Both the position numbers and the translations under genes were made by a program. A DNA stretch of 63,666 bases, the filler included, from Octopus bimaculoides (taxonomy: Eukaryota): assembly GCF_001194135.2 (NCBI RefSeq). It is 6 parts of 6 records of this genome, joined end to end, with 100 filler letters (N's around TTAATTAATTAA, not from the genome) between each part and the next. Parts side by side here need not be neighbours in the genome. Positions count along the whole stretch, not along the records: positions 43,629 to 48,368 come from NC_068988.1; positions 48,469 to 59,919 come from NC_068996.1; positions 60,020 to 62,102 come from NW_026367379.1; 3 more parts are not named here. One strand, written 5' to 3'. Numbering within the stretch: the first letter of the stretch is position 1; every line of letters starts with the position of its first letter. The notes under the pieces were generated by a model. That model did not search any database. It had not been told where the DNA came from and worked only from the letters and a program-made list of their open reading frames with translations. Positions 47,880 through 60,593 of the stretch are shown piece by piece.

Positions 47880-48368
47880 GACAACAAAGTGAGGACGTGA
47901 TACGGATAGTGCTATTGGACGCTCCGGGAAAGGAAAGAGAGAGTGTATGACGTTTCGGGCGTAGCCCTTCGTCGGAGGATGGAAAGTTCGGAGAATGGAA
48001 AAACGGAGAAAGAGGAAAATGGTACCGATGCCCACGAGGTTACATTCGCCCGCAACCTACGCGATCTACTGGTCCTTAGTACCTTCTCCTCTTCCTCCCC
48101 ACCCCACCCGGCTCCTTCCCGTTCTCCAGATCCCGCTGTCACACCTGCCCCTTCATCACCAACACTACCTCTGTCACAGGGTTGAACCTACACACTCTTC
48201 ACATTCCACAGTTTCACCTGCACCTCCTCCAACCTAATTTACTGCATCAAATGCAACCTATGCAACCTACTCTACGTGGGGCAGACGGGCCGCCGGCTGG
48301 CCGACCGTTTCACCGAACACCTAAGGGACGTTCGGCTAGGTTCGGACTCCCCCGTCTCCCGTCACTTC
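47880..48368 (+). mobile_element. Penelope-like element fragment: inverted terminal segment plus GIY-YIG endonuclease region
   Basis: RNLRDLLV, PGSFP.SRSRCHTCPF and SFTCTSSNLIYCIKCNLCNLLYVGQTGRRLADRFTEHLRDVRLGSDSPVSRHF on +. The inverted segment at 47880-47990 carries a hammerhead-like motif on the minus strand. Confidence 0.9.
47948..47975 (-). ncRNA. Hammerhead-like core CCGACGA-A-GGGC-UAC-GCCC-GAAAC-GUC
   Basis: Core, helix II and palindromic ACGT helix III are present; no good helix I is visible. Confidence 0.5.
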
Positions 48369-48468
48369 NNNNNNNNNNNNNNNNNNNNNNNNNNNNNNNN
48401 NNNNNNNNNNNNTTAATTAATTAANNNNNNNNNNNNNNNNNNNNNNNNNNNNNNNNNNNNNNNNNNNN

Positions 48469-48521
<53 letters not shown>

Positions 48522-48564
48522 CACACATACACACACACGCACACAAATATATCTATATCTTTAT

Positions 48565-48780
48565 GTCTATGTTTGTCCCCCACAACCGTTTGACAACCGG
48601 TGTGGGTGTGTTTGTCTCACCGTAAATTAGCCGTTCGGCATAAAAAGCCTGATGGAATAAGTAGCAGACTTTAAAAATACTAAGTACCGGGATCGATTCG
48701 TTCGAATAAAAATTTTCCAAGGCGGTTTCCCCTGCATAGCCGCAGTGTAATGGCTGAGACAAAGAAAAACATAAGATATA
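48565..48780 (+). mobile_element. SINE family A 3' half
   Basis: tgtttgtcccccacaaccgtttgacaaccgg...ccaaggcggtttcccctgcatagccgcag... Confidence 0.8.
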
Positions 48781-49165
48781 CTTATGTGTGTGTGTATAGG
48801 CGTGTGAATGTGTATATATTTGCACTTCGTTCTCTAAATTTCCATCACACAATATGATCTGCTAAACTTTGGCATGTTTGGCTGAAATCCGTTCATTTCA
48901 GAGCCAATTGTCTAAAACAAGCAAAATAAAAGCAAAAGCAAAAACAATAAAGCTTACTCTGTAATGACGAGAAATGCACTCAATGCATTATTAGTTCGTT
49001 TCCGTAAACAATGTTTATTTCTCTCTATCATAAATATTTATCTTGCTTATACCATACGAGACAACTCACACCACAACCCACAAAATATTTAAGTAGTTGT
49101 TCCCTAAAAGAATTAGCTTTCAACTTCGCCTGTTGAGTTTAATGAGCAACAGTATATACATATAC

Positions 49166-49227
<62 letters not shown>

Positions 49228-50259
49228 GTACATGCATGTATGGATGGACGGATGGACGGATTTATGTATGTATGTATGTATGTATGTATGTATATGCGTG
49301 TATATGTATATATACGTATTTATGTGTTCTGTTTCTTTACGCAGGCGCAAAATTTAGAATACAAGAGAAGATAATAAAGAAAAAAATGTAAAGTAAATTT
49401 CTGCCCAATCTGATTTTCAAACGTTAATCAAATTTAGGTGGTATTCATCATGCAAATTATGAAGACTCTATTGGCATGAACGAAAAAAGAAGAAACAAAC
49501 AAAATTCTGATTTGATTATGCAAATTGTAAATATCTAAGGACACTGAATTGTAGAGATATTTTAGTTGGTAATGAAAGCGCTAAAAATTTAAAGAATCTG
49601 GTTATGTTACCTGAATAATTGTTTGTCCAATTACTTATTAAAAATGGATGCCATCCATTAGGTTGTTTTTACCAGATTTTTCTCTATTGTTTATAAACAA
49701 TCTTGTTATCTTAAATATTTCATTATGTTTCCATTGTTTTTCTTTTTATTGTTCAAAATTTTACTTTGTTTGTTGTTATTGCTTTCATGTTGCCCTGTGT
49801 GCACGCGTGTGTTTGCGTGCGCATGTGTGTGTGCATACATGTGGGTGCGTGCGTGTGTATATGTAAATGAGTGTGTATGTATCCACATGAATTTTGCTTT
49901 GTATATGTATGTTCTTTGGCAGAATTCTGGTTTAAGGCACCCTGTATAACCCCTCATAACTTTTTTATATTTAAAATTTTTAGAAAATTTTAGCGAATTT
50001 GTATTCTACATATGAGAATTCATATGATTATGAAAATCAACTTTGTGTGAGTGTGTTCTAAGGGTGATTTAGCTGTTATTTTTAGTACATCTCACGACCA
50101 CTTGACACCTTCCTCGTTTCTTAGCCTCTCTGATATATACTGATGTTTTCTAATATGTTTCTACCTATAGACATATCTAATGGGATGATGATGTACCAAA
50201 GAGTAGACCATTGCTGGGAATTCAGGTTTAGGGTAATTTCTCGTTTTCCTTTCTCTTTT

Positions 50260-50456
50260 CTCTTTTACTTGTTTCAGTCATTTGACTGTGGCCATGCTGG
50301 AGCACCGCCTTTAGTCGAGCAAATCGACCCGGGGACTTATTCTTTGGAAGCCTAGTACTTATTCTATCGGTCTCTTTTGCTGAACCGCTAAGTTACGAGG
50401 ACATAAACACACCAGCATCGGTTGTCAAGCGATGTTGGGGGGACAAACACAGACAT

Positions 50457-50487
<31 letters not shown>

Positions 50488-50658
50488 CATATATACGACG
50501 GGCTTCTTTCAGTTTCCGTCTACCAAATCCACTCCCAAGGCTTTAGTCGGCCCGAGTCTATAGTAGAAGACACTTGCCGAAGATGCCACGCAGTGGGACT
50601 GAACCCGGGACCATGTGGTTGGTAAGCAAGCTACTTACCACACAGCCACTCCTACGCC
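50260..50658 (-). mobile_element. Full-length young SINE family A (about 400 bp)
   Basis: Complete head (A and B box), body, internal microsatellite and 3' end GACTGAAACAAGTAAAAGA; CpGs retained. Confidence 0.95.
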
Positions 50659-51194
50659 TTTGTGGATAAATTTTCGGTAAAAGTTTGCGAATTTGTGTTC
50701 TACACACAGAAATTCATACGATTATGAAATAAGATTTTTTTCCTAATTTTTAACCCCCACCCCCTCTTTCCCATAAAGTTTTAGATTTTTTTTAAAAATC
50801 AGAGTTTAAAATACGGTGAGTCCGAATTGTTTATTATGAAGAGAAAAATAATGAAAAACATCAGAGTGAAAAAGAAACGACAACGATAACAGGTGGTCAT
50901 GGAAAGTGCTAAAAACAACAGTTAAATCGCCCTTAAATCACACACCTTCTCCACCTGCACCACCATCACATAGCCACCAGTACTAGCACCACAACCACCA
51001 CCACCTCCACCACCACTACCACCACCGCCGCAACCATCATCTCCACCACCTTCACCACCATCTTTACCACCTCCACCACCACTACCACGACTACCATCTC
51101 TACCACCGCTATCCACTGCTACTATCAACTCCACCACCACTGCCACAGCCACCATCTCTACCACCACTTTCCACCGCTACTACCACCACTAGTA

Positions 51195-51696
51195 GATCTC
51201 TCTGAAGTTCCAATGCGGTTCTAAGCGGAATTATCAGAATTGTAACATGGTGAAGCAGTGATTATTTTGTTCAAAATGAAAGACACCAAGATATAGTTAT
51301 GTGATGAAGTCGAAAAGAAATAACCAAACACTGCCATTTCAGCAAAGGAACTTTTCATTCATTTCCCCACGTCTTATTTCGTTGAGTGTGGCTTTAGTGT
51401 TGTTAAAGATTTGCTTCAAGCCAAGAGCAGCAAACTTGAAATTACAAAACGTTTTGATTTACGGTTGAAGCAAACAAAATTGTCTCCTTGCATTTACAGT
51501 CATGAGTCTATATTAAAAATTATTACAGAACTCTTTTTTTTACTCACTACTTAAAGAGTCACTGGTAGATATTTTGTATTAAATAATTGTGATAAAATAT
51601 TAAAAATAAACTTGTTTTTATCCACCCACCGATGGGGCATACAATTTTCGAGAAAGTTATAGCGGCCCTGGGGGAAAATAGGTTGGGAAATATTGC
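51195..51696 (+). mobile_element. hAT (Buster/Charlie-type) transposase C-terminal fragment and 3' terminus
   Basis: KK*PNTAISAKELFIHFPTSYFVECGFSVVKDLLQAKSSKLEITKRFDLRLKQTKLSP matches the hAT dimerisation domain; TIR-like aggttgggaaatattg near 51680-51696. Confidence 0.85.
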
Positions 51697-52769
51697 TATT
51701 GTGTATGATTGTACCCTTCCTTTCAACTATGGAGGCACTTTTTTTATAAGTGCTAAAAAAAGAAAATTAGAGCTATCAATAATAGTTTTTGTAGGATGAA
51801 AAATGAACAAATAATTATTTTTACACGTTACACGAGAGTCAATGTAAACTGCGCATACGAACGTTTCTATATGCCAAAGCTTAAAGATTACGGAATAACT
51901 AAAGGCCCTCTGTATTTAGGAAATCTAGTAGTTTTAAAAGGATATGTACGCGAACAGTCGTCTATCTTCGAAAAAGATGAGTGAAAATGTGAAAATCCTG
52001 GAGTAATAGAGGGAAATTATGAATTGTGTGAAACTAATTCAAAAGACAGTTAAACATGTGTTGAAGGTGAGTTTGTTAAAGTGTAATGTTTTGCTGATTG
52101 AACTTTTAATTGTATATATAAAAAAAGACCCCGCTTCATATTGTCTGAGAATAGTAATTTATCACTGATGATAGTTCTGACCAAATAAAAAAAAAAACGT
52201 AGCTAACAAAATCCATGTATCTTTGATATAAGCAGAATTTGTATTTTACTCGTAGTTCGAGATGCGACAACAGATGTCGCAAATACAGCGTTATTGGTCA
52301 TATTTGTATGAGGGACAACGGCACATTTTACGATGTGAGAAAATTTATGTTTTAAAAACTGATTTATTTGCATTAATATCGAAATCACTTATTGCTGATG
52401 CCAAATCTCTGATCAGCGAGTTCAATTAAGTCCTTGAAAACGTAGAGGCGTAGTAAGTATATGTGCGCCAGAAATGGTAGAGTTTCAAAACTTTCTTCAA
52501 CTAATGTTGTAGTTGTTTGTATCCCAACAGAAAAAAAACACTTTGTAGAGTATTTTCATTGTCTGTTGTACCTTAATTCGATGGATGAGGATATTTCTAA
52601 CTCAATGGAATATCAACCTCCTCGTTAAGATGCAAAGGAACGATTTTAATTAAACATTTTCTGTGAAATCTTCGGCGTGGCAAGAAGCTTACTTCTCAAC
52701 CACACGGTTCCAGGTTGGGTAAATATCTTCAACAATAGCTTCGGGCCGATCAACGACCGGCACCCACCC

Positions 52770-53080
52770 TCATCCCTACCATATCACCGACTCTTTTACC
52801 TGCTCTCTCTGTCCTTCCCTTTACGTTGGTTAAACGGGACACCGCTTGGCCGACCGGTTCACTGAACACCTCTGAAACATCAGATTCGACAATGACGTCC
52901 TAGTTTCGCACCAGTTCCGCTCCGCCGGTCATTCGTTACATCGGTCTGTGTTCGGACTGACTCTGCACAGGGGCCACCCGGACTCCCGCCTTCATTGTGA
53001 ACAGGATTAATCTTCTCCCTTCGTTTCTTTGCTCCTTATGATCTCAAATCACCAATTCTCCTCATCTAACACCAACCCAC
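52770..53080 (+). mobile_element. Penelope-like GIY-YIG 3' fragment (same family as 48030-48368), degenerate
   Basis: LYVG*TGHRLADRFTEHL*NIRFDNDVLVSHQFRSAGHS...RLHCEQ. Confidence 0.85.
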
Positions 53081-54030
53081 ACAGATTCCCAAACACCTCC
53101 CACCTTCGACTGCCTCACCCCTCTACTCCCCACATTTGCACACCGCTTAACTCAGTACCCTCACCATACACACCACTATACAAACTCCCATACACACTGT
53201 TCAGCTTAATACAAACATCACACAGCGTTACGCACACATCTGCCCACGCCATACATACTAACACCCAGCATCTCCCAGTACCCACACTCCACACCACTAT
53301 GCACCCCCACACACACTCTCCAATGTCCTCACCACTATACGAACAACCCTACACATTGTTTGTATCATTATTTAAGTAACTTCAAATCTGGTTACTCCTA
53401 AAAAATTAGTAAATTTGATTTTCATTGTAGATGCCAGACCAGCAAGGGGAAGCGACTGACCTCCCTGTTCGAAGGTTATAATGGACACAGGTTCGCGTGT
53501 CACATAGATAGCTAGAGTCGATGGCCTGTGGAGCTAATCAACGGCAGCATTCGTCCTATTTTTTTGGACTGACATGTTGGCTTGGCGATATCTATTAATA
53601 TATGCATGTATATATATATATATATGTATTTGATCATAGCCGGGTGGATTCGTTATTTTTTCTCTTTGCCTGCGTGAGTTGGAATTATTGCTGTCTGGGA
53701 GATATATTATGGTAGTTGAATAGTATTTAACTGCTATTTCTAAATTTCGGTATGTGGTGAAGCAATTTTGCTGGACCCTAATTATAATTATGTTTATAAT
53801 TATAAAATTTACATATATATATATATATATATACATATCGGAGTAAATGCGTTAAGAAGTGTTTACGTATAATCGCAATTTAGGTTAGCTGAAATATGTT
53901 TGTCACATATTCCAACTGCTTAAGGCAAATTCACTGCAGTTACCGTGGAGAAAAAAATCTCTCTTTATGGTAAGAAGGTCTGAAAACATCCCATCGTTCA
54001 GTGTCGCCCTCTCTGAGACATCGATGTTTC

Positions 54031-54101
<71 letters not shown>

Positions 54102-54105
54102 GGAT

Positions 54106-54189
<84 letters not shown>

Positions 54190-54204
54190 GAGTGTATGAT
54201 TTTT

Positions 54205-54410
54205 TTCTGTGTTTGTCTCCCACAACCGTTCTGACAACAGGTGTTGGTTTGTTTACCTCCCCGTAATTTAGTAGTTCGGTAAAAAGAAACCGATGGAATA
54301 TGTACCAGTTTTAAAATATCTATTGGAGTCGATTCATTCGACTAAAAAGTTCTTCAAGGCTGTGTTCTAGCATAGCTGCAGTCTAGCAAATGAAACACAT
54401 GAAAGATAAA
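54205..54410 (+). mobile_element. SINE family A 3' half
   Basis: Follows (TAGA)n; collinear with 48565-48780. Confidence 0.75.
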
Positions 54411-54542
54411 TTATTTTAACTGTTTTCATAATTAAAAATATTATATTATCGTTTGCATAAGAATTTGTAAAAATTAAGAATAATTTTCCCTGCACAAGAG
54501 TGATAGTGCCACTACGCAGCCTGATGATGCTGGTACGTTTGT

Positions 54543-54765
54543 CTCAAGATCGATGTAATTGACTTACGCCCTCACCCGAAATTGCTGGCCTTGTGCCAAA
54601 ATTTGACACGAATGTATTATAGCAGCAAAAAAGGCGGCGAGCTGGCAGAATCGTTAGCACGCCGGGCAAAATGTATAAAAGCATTTCGTCCCTCTTTAAG
54701 TTCAAATTCGTCCGAGGTCTATATAACTTTTCATCCTTTCAGGGTGGATAAAATATTAGAATTCG
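54543..54765 (+). mobile_element. SINE family B: 3' tail segment followed by a 5' head and core
   Basis: gatcgatgtaattgacttac...gaaattgctggccttgtgccaaaatttg then ggcggcgagctggcagaatcgttagcacgccgggcaaaatg...ttttcatcctttcagggtggataaaata. Confidence 0.8.
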
Positions 54766-55353
54766 ATGTTTCATCTAGAACAGAGAAACCGAAAGACAAT
54801 ACCTCACCTCCTCAAAACTCACAAAAGAAAGCTATGAACTAAAACAGTCACGTAGAAACTTTTGGAACTTGCGAATTCTGGAATCGAAAAATGTTAAGCA
54901 CACAGCTGTGTCTGCCTGTATATCTTGTTTTGTTGACTGCCCATGAAAGGAAACTAATGGAAAAACTAAAATGTATGATAAATTCTAAGAAAAAGCTTGC
55001 ACTTAAAATCTATGTGACTTGAAGTAAAAATAGTCAATTGTTTTATTATTCTGTAGGTTGTTATCTGGTTAAAGGTAAGAATAAAGAAATGTATTTAAAA
55101 AGGAAGCTGTTATACTATATGTAGCATCGGGTTTCAAAGAAATATCATTGTTCTTGCAGTTGTGTTTAAACTAGGGCAAAAGTGTCGTGCGTAAACAAGG
55201 ACTTTTGTCTTCGTACGTCACAGCAGAACATGAATTGGTTTATGAGTGTATGTTGCGTGTATGTGCTTATGTGTATGTGTGTGTGTCTATGTGTGTGCAT
55301 GTGTGTGTTGTATGTATGTGTGCATATATGTAGATACATATATGTAGATACAC

Positions 55354-55416
<63 letters not shown>

Positions 55417-56039
55417 NNNNNNNNNNTACGTACATATATATTGGCGATAATAAAGTTTCCGATGATGATGGTGGTAGTGGTGTTGAACAGGGCTAGTCTA
55501 AGCCAATTGAACAGATTTGTTCAAATTGAAACCCGCACCGAATGAGGGCTCTGCGCGCAAAATCGAACGGAGGACGCTGTTATGAATTAAACATTTCCTT
55601 ATATTTTCATTGCTTTGAGGATTTACTTAACAATACCCGTAACAGATGCATCAGGTAAAAAAAAAAAGTTTTCCAAACCTAAAACTTATTAAATCATACC
55701 GACGGTCAGCAATTTCACAAGAGAGACTAAATAATTTACCGATGCTATCTATAGAAAATGACATTACTAAAGCTATTGACTTTCAAATGGTTTTCAAAGT
55801 CTTCTCAGATAAATAAGTCTGTTTTTAGAAGACCTCTACACAAAAGTGTTAGTCAGTGATTATCTTGACTTGTAATAAAACATTAAAACTTTCATATGAG
55901 CTTTCAGTTTTTAGTATATCATTGTGGCTAATGGTGGAGTCTGAAACGCTCAAACCTTTTTGACCGGGACTGGCGTACGATACGAAGCATAAAACATCAA
56001 TCTTCAGCTTTTGTAGAGTAGAGAGCCCCACTAATTGGG

Positions 56040-56705
56040 AATCGCACTACCATACACCACACCAATACTACTATACACCACACCAACACTACCATGCACC
56101 TCACCAACAGTACCATACACCACCAATATCATACACCACAACAAACTACTATACACAACGATACACCACGCCAACCCTACCAAACATCACAACAAACTAC
56201 CACACACCACACCAACACTACCACATACCACAACACTAATATACACAACACCGATACTACCATACACAACACCGATACTACCATACACAACACTGATACT
56301 ACCATACACAACACAAACTCTACCATGCACCACAAAAACATTGGTATACATCACACCAACACTACTATACACCACACCAAGACAACAATACACCACACCA
56401 ACACTACCATACTCCACATAAAGACTAACATACGAACACTATTATACACAACACCAACACTACCATACAACACAACAAACTACCATACTCCACATCAACA
56501 CTACCATACACCAAACCAACACTACCATACCCAACACCAACACTACCATAGTCCGCACCAACACTACCATAGTCCGCACCAACATCACCATACACCACGC
56601 CAGCACCACCATACATCACATCAACACTGTCATACGTCACACCAGCACTACCATACATAACACTTACATTATCATACACCAGACCAGTATTATCATACAC
56701 CATGC
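56040..56705 (+). repeat. Degenerate 21-bp minisatellite (TACACCACACCAACACTACCA)n
   Basis: The 21-nt period appears as YTTPTLP heptads in translation. Confidence 0.9.
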
Positions 56706-57436
56706 TGAATTATGCACTGCATTCAACTTGTGGGAAGAAATCATTTGAAAGTTCACGTCACTCTAAGTCAGTTATTACTGGGCTAATCGACCGTAGTTTT
56801 GGTTTTGGTGAAGAAGGCATTAAAGAATAAATTGTTTTTTCATTCCATCTTTCATTGATGTGATAGGAATTCCGGTAACATTGTATGTGGAATGATATTT
56901 TTAAAGAACCGGGGCTCCTATTTCTAGTTCTAGCGACACGCCTTCACCCTGTCTTTTAGAACGTAGCATGTTACATGGTTTAAATTCTGAGAGGGTGTCA
57001 ATCGATCAGACTGACATTTTATAAAACTTTCAAGAAATATCTACGTAATAATAGGACTCGCATTTCAAATATTTATTAGTTATTTTTTCGAGATATATTT
57101 ACAAATTATTATTGCGTTTATATGCGATTACTGCGACACGTGACGCCTGGCACACCGTGCACCTGTTCAAGCAACGTCGATTTGATGGAGACAGAGAGCT
57201 AATGTACGGCACATGCATCACTATAAACAGATCATTTGTGTAGGTCTTTCGCCAGAAGCTGAGCTCTCATACTCGTCTTCGACGGGAGAGTCCACCGTCG
57301 TCGTCGATATTTCGTCGTTGTCGTTTCGTCGTCATCGTCGTCATCATCATCATCATCATCATCATCATTATTATTCTATTGTCCCTCTCCCCACAAATTT
57401 CAAGCGTTGCACTTATTATTATTAATATTATTATTG

Positions 57437-57643
57437 TTCAGTAGTTTTATTTTTATAACGTGCTTTCACTTCACTACCGAGCGCAGCTCTGTGCGCCTTG
57501 GGTATGTGCTGTGGTTTGCTGTGGTGCTCTTATGTTTACTGTATTGAAAGTGTTTTGCGTAGAATGTGTGCAGTGCCCAGTAGTGCAATTTTCTGTATGT
57601 TATATATATTTGTAAGTCCTGGTGTTTTTGTTATGTATTTGTC

Positions 57644-57644
<1 letters not shown>
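57437..57644 (-). mobile_element. R4/Dong-clade non-LTR retrotransposon 3' end inside (AAT)n
   Basis: 57644-57536 translates to DKYITKTPGLTNIYNIQKIALLGTAHILRKTLSIQ* (the QK..LLGTAHILRK C-terminus of RLE-type R4/Dong elements); flanked on both sides by AAT/ATT repeats. Confidence 0.75.
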
Positions 57645-57710
<66 letters not shown>

Positions 57711-57745
57711 TACTACTACTACTATTACTACTACTACTACTACCT

Positions 57746-57779
<34 letters not shown>

Positions 57780-58419
57780 CAGCAGCAGTAGTAGCAGCAG
57801 TAGCAGCAGCAGTAGTAGTAGTTGAAGTAGTAATAGTAGTAGTAGCAGCAGTAGTAGTAGTAATAATAGGAGGAGGGTTAATAGTAATATTAGGATTTGG
57901 AGTAACGGTAGTAGTAGTAGCATTACTAATGTTAGCTATTATTATTTGTAGTAATATTACTGTTGCTATTATTATTAGCATTAAGATATAAGCTGATGCA
58001 TTACATGGCAAAATCCTTGAAGTTTTAAAGTATTATAATACAACATTTGCTGCAGAGAAAATCTAGTTGTTGTATATAGAAGACAATATGTAGGATTATA
58101 CAAGGTTTTCTGTCGTTCTGTCGGATTGCAACGTCAACTATGTTACTTCAGCAGGTGAGTAACACGTGTAACATTCCTGTGGCCTTTGGATTTAAACTGC
58201 ACCACATTGTTGCATGGTTTTCCTTGATCTCTGTTGCAAACGCAAACATTATATGTACGTGCATGCACACAAACGTATACGAACACAGGTGTACGCACAC
58301 ACGAATACACACACTTTCACAGATGCCTGACTACATGCGCCAATAGCAGACAACATTTTCACATACATACACAGACACGGGCAAAAGCATTGACATAAAT
58401 TTATTTACTTATATGTTGT

Positions 58420-59125
58420 TGTGGCGTATGGTAGTGTTGGTGTGCTGTAAGGCAGTGTTGGTGTAGTGTATGCTAGAGTTCGTGTAGTGTATGGTAGTGT
58501 TGGTGTGGTGTATTGTAGTGTTCNNNNNNNNNNGTGTATGGTAGTGTTGGTGTGGTGTATTGTAGTGTTCGTGTGGTGTATTGTAGTGTTGGTGTGCTGT
58601 ATGGCAACGTTAGTTTTGTGTATGAATGTGTTGGTGCTGTTTATGGTAGTGTTAGTGTTGTGTACGGAAGTCTTGGTGTGGTGTATGTTAGTTTTTGTTG
58701 GATTATTTTAGTGATGGTGCGGTGTAGTGTATAGTAGTTTGATGTGGCCTATGGCAGTTTGTTGTATTGTGTGTTGTATTATAATGTTGTGGTGTAAGTT
58801 AGTGTTGGTGTGCTTTATGGTAATATTGTTGTGGCATTTCTTACTTTTATTTTAGTGGATGGTAGTGTTGCTGTGGTATATGGTAGTTTTGGTGTGGTTT
58901 ATAGTAGTGTTGATGTAGTGTATCGTAGTGCTGATGTGGGTGTATTGTAATGTTAGTGTGGTATATAGTAATTTTGGCGTGGTGTGTGCTAGTGTTTGTG
59001 GGCTGTATCGGTGTGTGCTGTGTCGGTGTGTGCTGTGTCGATGTGTGCTGTGTCGGTGTTGCGTATATAATTTTGGTGTGGTGCATGGTAGTGTGTTAGC
59101 GTGTATTATAGTGTTGGTGTAGTGA
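58420..59125 (-). repeat. Same 21-bp minisatellite in inverted orientation
   Basis: tatggtagtgttggtgtggtg units are the reverse complement of the 56040-56705 unit. Confidence 0.9.
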
Positions 59126-59384
59126 TAGTGTTAGGTCTGAGGGTGTTTGTAATTCTCCATTGCCTTGTGTTTTAAGTTTAAGGACTCTACTAGCTAGTTG
59201 ACACTCGTCAGTATCACAATGACCTCTTTGAATACCGTACAACGGCCCAGAAAATGAAATGGGATGGTGTTAACGTATAAAGATAACCAGTAATACTGCT
59301 AAGTCAATGATACAAATACACTACCAAGACTTGAGTAGTTTAAACCTAATCCGAGAACTCGTTTATGTTTGCTTATATCATAAA

Positions 59385-59500
59385 AACAATGGCTTCGAAT
59401 TTTGGCAAAGGCCAGCAATTTCGGGGGATCCGTTAAGTCAATTACACCGACCGAAGAGATCAACTGGCATGCCAGGCAAAATGTTTTACGGAAGATCAAT
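59385..59500 (-). mobile_element. SINE family B fragments
   Basis: cgaattttggcaaaggccagcaatttcggggg...aagtcaattacaccgacc. Confidence 0.6.
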
Positions 59501-59868
59501 AGAATACGTACCAATTAAACACTAGATCGATGTCATCAAAATATCAATTCCACTGAACTTGCTGATCTATGAGATGAATATACTTATTTCACCAGACTGT
59601 ATCCATTGCATGACGGCCTTTTGGCTGCCAGCATGATGCAAAACCAATTCATTTTAGCGTATAATAAACTATTTTACATGTCTGAACTCGTGTGTTTGCT
59701 TTTGCTATAAACGCCGTGTCCCCTGAAGAACTTTATTGTGATTACCACTGGATTATATAAATCCATATAGTAAAAGGCGAAAGATTTATCCGCGGGGGAC
59801 ATTACCATACACCACACCAACACTACCATACTTCAAACCAGCACTGCTATACATCCATATATTGTACA

Positions 59869-59919
<51 letters not shown>

Positions 59920-60019
59920 NNNNNNNNNNNNNNNNNNNNNNNNNNNNNNNNNNNNNNNNNNNNTTAATTAATTAANNNNNNNNNNNNNNNNNNNNNNNNN
60001 NNNNNNNNNNNNNNNNNNN

Positions 60020-60055
<36 letters not shown>

Positions 60056-60402
60056 CTAGATAGATAGAAATACGCATATATATATGCACGCTCGCGTATA
60101 TACACATATGTATGTATATTTATACATACATGCATACATTTAGACAGGTATAAATATGTATATATAGATAACGGTCCTCATTAATGTATACAGTGATATG
60201 TATACGCGTCTGTTTATATATATTAGCAGTTTGGATGATAAATTTTCAGTCCAGACAAATAGAAGTATATAACTCTAGACAAACAGACATGGTTGTAGTT
60301 TGGGTAAAGTCTGCCTTAAGTAAATCTGTCATGATAAGCGTGATTTTTGAAAGATAACATAGAAAAATTATTCATACATATACATGCCTTCTGATATGTC
60401 TG

Positions 60403-60491
<89 letters not shown>

Positions 60492-60550
60492 ATATATATA
60501 TATATATATATATAATACTTTTATTTATATTAAATATGTCTATATATATA

Positions 60551-60552
<2 letters not shown>

Positions 60553-60593
<41 letters not shown>

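Noticed and set aside
50560-50658. tRNA-like A/B boxes (also 28771, 34696, 43430-43527, 54633)
   Set aside because: They are SINE heads continuous with SINE bodies; no complete cloverleaf, so not tRNA genes.
52203-52660. Short protein-like frames (e.g. minus-strand DLIELADQRFGISN; also 51796-51984 and 55849-56031)
   Set aside because: No recognisable motif, weak splice sites, too short to support.
56035-56660. Mucin-like YTTPTLP repeat protein
   Set aside because: Product of a 21-bp minisatellite that also occurs inverted and frame-disrupted nearby.
56040-59125. CRISPR-like array
   Set aside because: Units are contiguous degenerate tandem repeats with no unique spacers, in a eukaryotic context with no cas genes.
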